From NCBI RefSeq assembly GCF_009914755.1, contig NC_060936.1: a DNA stretch of 64,000 nt; one strand, given 5' to 3'. Below, in pieces: positions 61,070 to 64,000 of this stretch. This DNA is from the human T2T-CHM13v2.0 reference genome, Homo sapiens. The notes under the pieces are model-generated. The model had not been told where the DNA came from and did no database searches. It saw only the letters and a program-made list of their open reading frames with translations. The number at the start of each line of letters is the position of its first letter. Position 1 is the stretch's first letter. The translations under genes were made by a program, and so were the position numbers.

Positions 61070-61305
61070 AGAGACACTCAGTGTTGGAACTCGGTTGTAT
61101 TTCTCCCCCAGACTAACTTTGTCTATGTCTGTATCTGTATCTCTATAGAGACACTCAGTGTTGGAACTCGGTTGTATTTCTCCCCCAGACTAACTTTGTC
61201 TATGTCTGTATCTGTATCTCTATAGAGACACTCAGTGTTGGAACTTGGTTGTATTTCTCCCCCAGACCAACTTTGTCTATGTCTGTATCTGTATATCTAT
61301 AGAGA
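61070..61305 (+). repeat. 77-bp tandem repeat x3 (minisatellite) inside an old antisense L1 fragment
   Basis: Units start at 61070, 61147 and 61224; units 1 and 2 identical, unit 3 has 3 substitutions. Confidence 0.97.
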
Positions 61306-61589
61306 TCATTCAGCATTTCATCTGAAAAGCTTCATATTATGTCTCTAGTTTTCTCATGCAATTACTACATAGCCGTCATGGAGATGCAGCATTCTTTTGG
61401 TAACCCACTTCCTATTGGACGTTCAGGTTGCTTCTAATGAATGGTGCTACAACGAACACTTGTAGTGTAGATATTTGTTCACATTTATGACTCCTTCCTT
61501 GGCTATACTCCTAAAAGAGTCAAGAGATGTAAACAAAGTGAGCAATTAATTTTCTAGGTATCACCTTTCTCACCTATAGTAAAACAACA

Positions 61590-61810
61590 ACAGAAACAAC
61601 AATCACTGATAGCAGCGGACACTCACATAGCATCTTGTTTGCCAGGCATGTCTCTAAGGGCTTATGTGTACCAGCGCATTTAATCGTCCCAGTTGCCCCG
61701 TTATTATCTCCATTTCACAGAAGTAGCTTGCCCAGAGTCACACACAGCCAGTAAGTGGGGTGGTAGGATTTCAGCCTGGGCAGTCTGGCTCCAGAGTCGT
61801 GCTCTTATCT
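61590..61810 (-). mobile_element. MIR
   Basis: ttattatctccatttcacaga...cttgcccagagtcacacagccagtaagtgg...gcagtctggctccagagtc. Confidence 0.8.
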
Positions 61811-62469
61811 GCTAAACTAGTGTTGCCCCTGTGGGATGAAAGAGCTAAAATGAAGAATCCCTGGGGTCCTGTTACCTGGGAACATCGCTAATGTAGCATG
61901 GAATCCTGCAAATAATGCTAGAACGGAGTAATGCAGTTGCCTGATAAGAGTTCACCGGCTCCTGTCATCCTCTTCGTCCTCCCATTTGTGTGTTTGACGA
62001 GCTTGGGGTCTCTGTGTTTGTGAGTGCATGTGCATGGATATGCAAGTGTTTGTATAATTTTATGAATGGAACAGAGTCCGCAGTGTGTGAAGCAAGAAAG
62101 CCTGAACAATCTATTGACACAATAAAGCACTCATAATTGATGCTGTTAGTTATAGATAACTCATCATCGTTTCCTTTTTATCTTAAGGTTCCCAGGCACG
62201 TTGGCTGGGAAATGTGTCATTTTATAATTGGAGTTTCACCCCGGTGGAGCAGGAATAGGATGGGATTTGGCTGTCTACTGTAACCCCATCCCCCCAAAGC
62301 ATGTCTGTACTTACCGTCTGAGGAGGGTGCTTCCCCTCCTTGAGCTGATTTGCCTGTGCTGTCCAGAAGCATTGCTGGATATGATTATCCAGTAGAAAAG
62401 GAGCTAATCGACAAACTTTTCACTGGCATAACGTGTCCACATTGCTCTTATTGCTCGCTAAATATAGAG

Positions 62470-62780
62470 GTTGCCAGGACCCCTTGAAATTTTGATTCAG
62501 AAGATCTGGGAGAAGCCTGAGAATATGCCTTTTTAAAAAACATGTGCTCTGAGTGATCACCTTCATGGATTTTGGGGAAGTCTTAGGTAGCAGGTCTCAA
62601 CCTTCATAGGATATCAGCATCACCAGATTCTTTTGAAAAAAGTACCACTTCCTGTCCTTCTGCTCACTGCCTGCCCTAATTTGAATAACTGATCTAGGGT
62701 GGTTTCCAAGTTCAGGATTTAAAAAAAAAAAAGTCTCTAGAGGTTCTTGTGTGCAGCCATAGTTGGGTACCTCCAGCCCA
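62470..62780. mobile_element. MER5-like hAT-Charlie fragments
   Basis: tgattcagaagatctggg...cctgagaatatgccttttt; agcaggtctcaacctt...cagcatcacc...ttcttgtgtgcagccatagttggg. Confidence 0.6.
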
Positions 62781-64000
62781 AGAAGTTCTGCTGATAATAT
62801 CGCACCTATACATTTAATTGCACTTCACATTTTACAACTCTCTTTCACCATTGAACATCGTAACAATTCACTAAGGTCAGTAAAGCAGGCATTATTATAT
62901 TGTCCTTGGCCGAGAGAGGTTGACTGAATTGCCCGAGGCTGCACAGCTTCTCCCTCAGTCAGCAGCAGCTGTTCCCTACTTGGCTCATGGCCAGTCCTGC
63001 CAGTTCTTTTGGAAGGGGCAGCCTCCACTCCCCTGAGACTCACAGGATGAAATCAATTGCCTCTCCTAGTGCTGATGCTCGCGAGGCTCTTTCTTCCCCT
63101 TCTCAGCCACATCTTTTCTACTGCAGCCACTCTTCCTGCTCAGAGGGCCTCTCTCTGAAAGGTGCAGTTGCGTTCCCCTCCCATGCTCCATCCCACTTAA
63201 CGGTTAGGTCATGGCACTGAGGGATGGACAGCTTGGAGCCTGGACAGTCCACATCCTCCACCGTGGTCTGAGGACAGAGACGTGCTGCCCCCCAGCTCCA
63301 GCCCCTTCGATGCCATCCTGCAGAAAGCACTGTGCACGCTGCATGGCAGGAGCCAGTAAAGTTCCACACCCCCATCCCAAATTCTCACATCCACCACCAA
63401 AGCTTCCTTCACCCCTGCATCCCACCGCGGATAACCTGAAAGCCCACCTGAGTCCTTCCTGGGAGGCGGCTGTGTGGGGCTGGAGCCCCCTGCAGTGGTG
63501 AGTCCCACTCCGGACACCTGGCCAATGGGAGCTTAACAAGGTGGCCAGCGAAAGAGAAACAGAACCCGGTAACGGCATCTGCCCCTTCCGCCATCCTCCA
63601 CCCCGCAACCCGCTGCGGGCTCAAAATCTCTCCTCATTCAAACCGAGGACTTTTGTTTCTCTTTACTGTTCCTCTCCTTGTCCAGACCTTTTCCTTCACA
63701 CAGGCTGTATCTTGGAGAGGCTCCCAGTGACTGTAGACTTCCTGTGTCAGAATCCTGCAGCCTCTGTCCCTGGGCCGCTTGGGTGGAGTGGGAGGCTGCG
63801 GGAGAAGGCGGGGTTTGCCTTGCAGGCAATGCGGGCAGGGGCGCTGCACCCAGGGAAGAGTTCCAAATGCTGATTCTCCCCATGGCCTTTACCTACCTAC
63901 CTATTCAGCAGCCTTGCAACTGAGACGAAGCCACCCCCTAGCAGACTTTTGCAGGATATCGTTCACTTTCCTCTCTCAGGCCCTGCCCACCACGGGTTGT

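Noticed and set aside
61070-61305. CRISPR-like appearance of the 77-bp repeats
   Set aside because: Units are contiguous with no unique spacers, no cas genes, and the DNA is eukaryotic.

Overview
This is mammalian (primate, almost certainly human) genomic DNA, rich in Alu, L1, L2, MIR and LTR repeats, with two protein-coding features on the + strand. (1) The complete intronless CDS of KCNA6 (Kv1.6 Shaker-family K+ channel, 529 aa, 43061-44650) lies in a CpG island. (2) The last coding exon of a polypeptide GalNAc-transferase, which I recognise as GALNT8 (5430-5582), is missed by the ORF track. This gene order matches my recollection of human 12p13.3 (GALNT8-KCNA6-KCNA1-KCNA5). The other ORFs in the track are best explained as repeat- or chance-derived. 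I found no prokaryote-type features and no convincing new multi-gene system. The most unusual structures visible directly are: two non-Alu local inverted duplications (2721-2855/3944-4082 in the GALNT8 last intron, with a strong G.U bias on the sense strand; 33893-34115/34610-34832 in an old MaLR provirus, with a 40-bp perfect core), a nested AT-rich palindrome (3467-3526), a CCA-tailed tRNA-Glu-derived fragment, a sense ERV1 LTR just upstream of the KCNA6 promoter, a 77-bp x3 tandem repeat, and no canonical poly(A) signal close to either stop codon. Repeat subfamilies are named from memory of consensus sequences, repeat boundaries are approximate, and identities were counted by hand.
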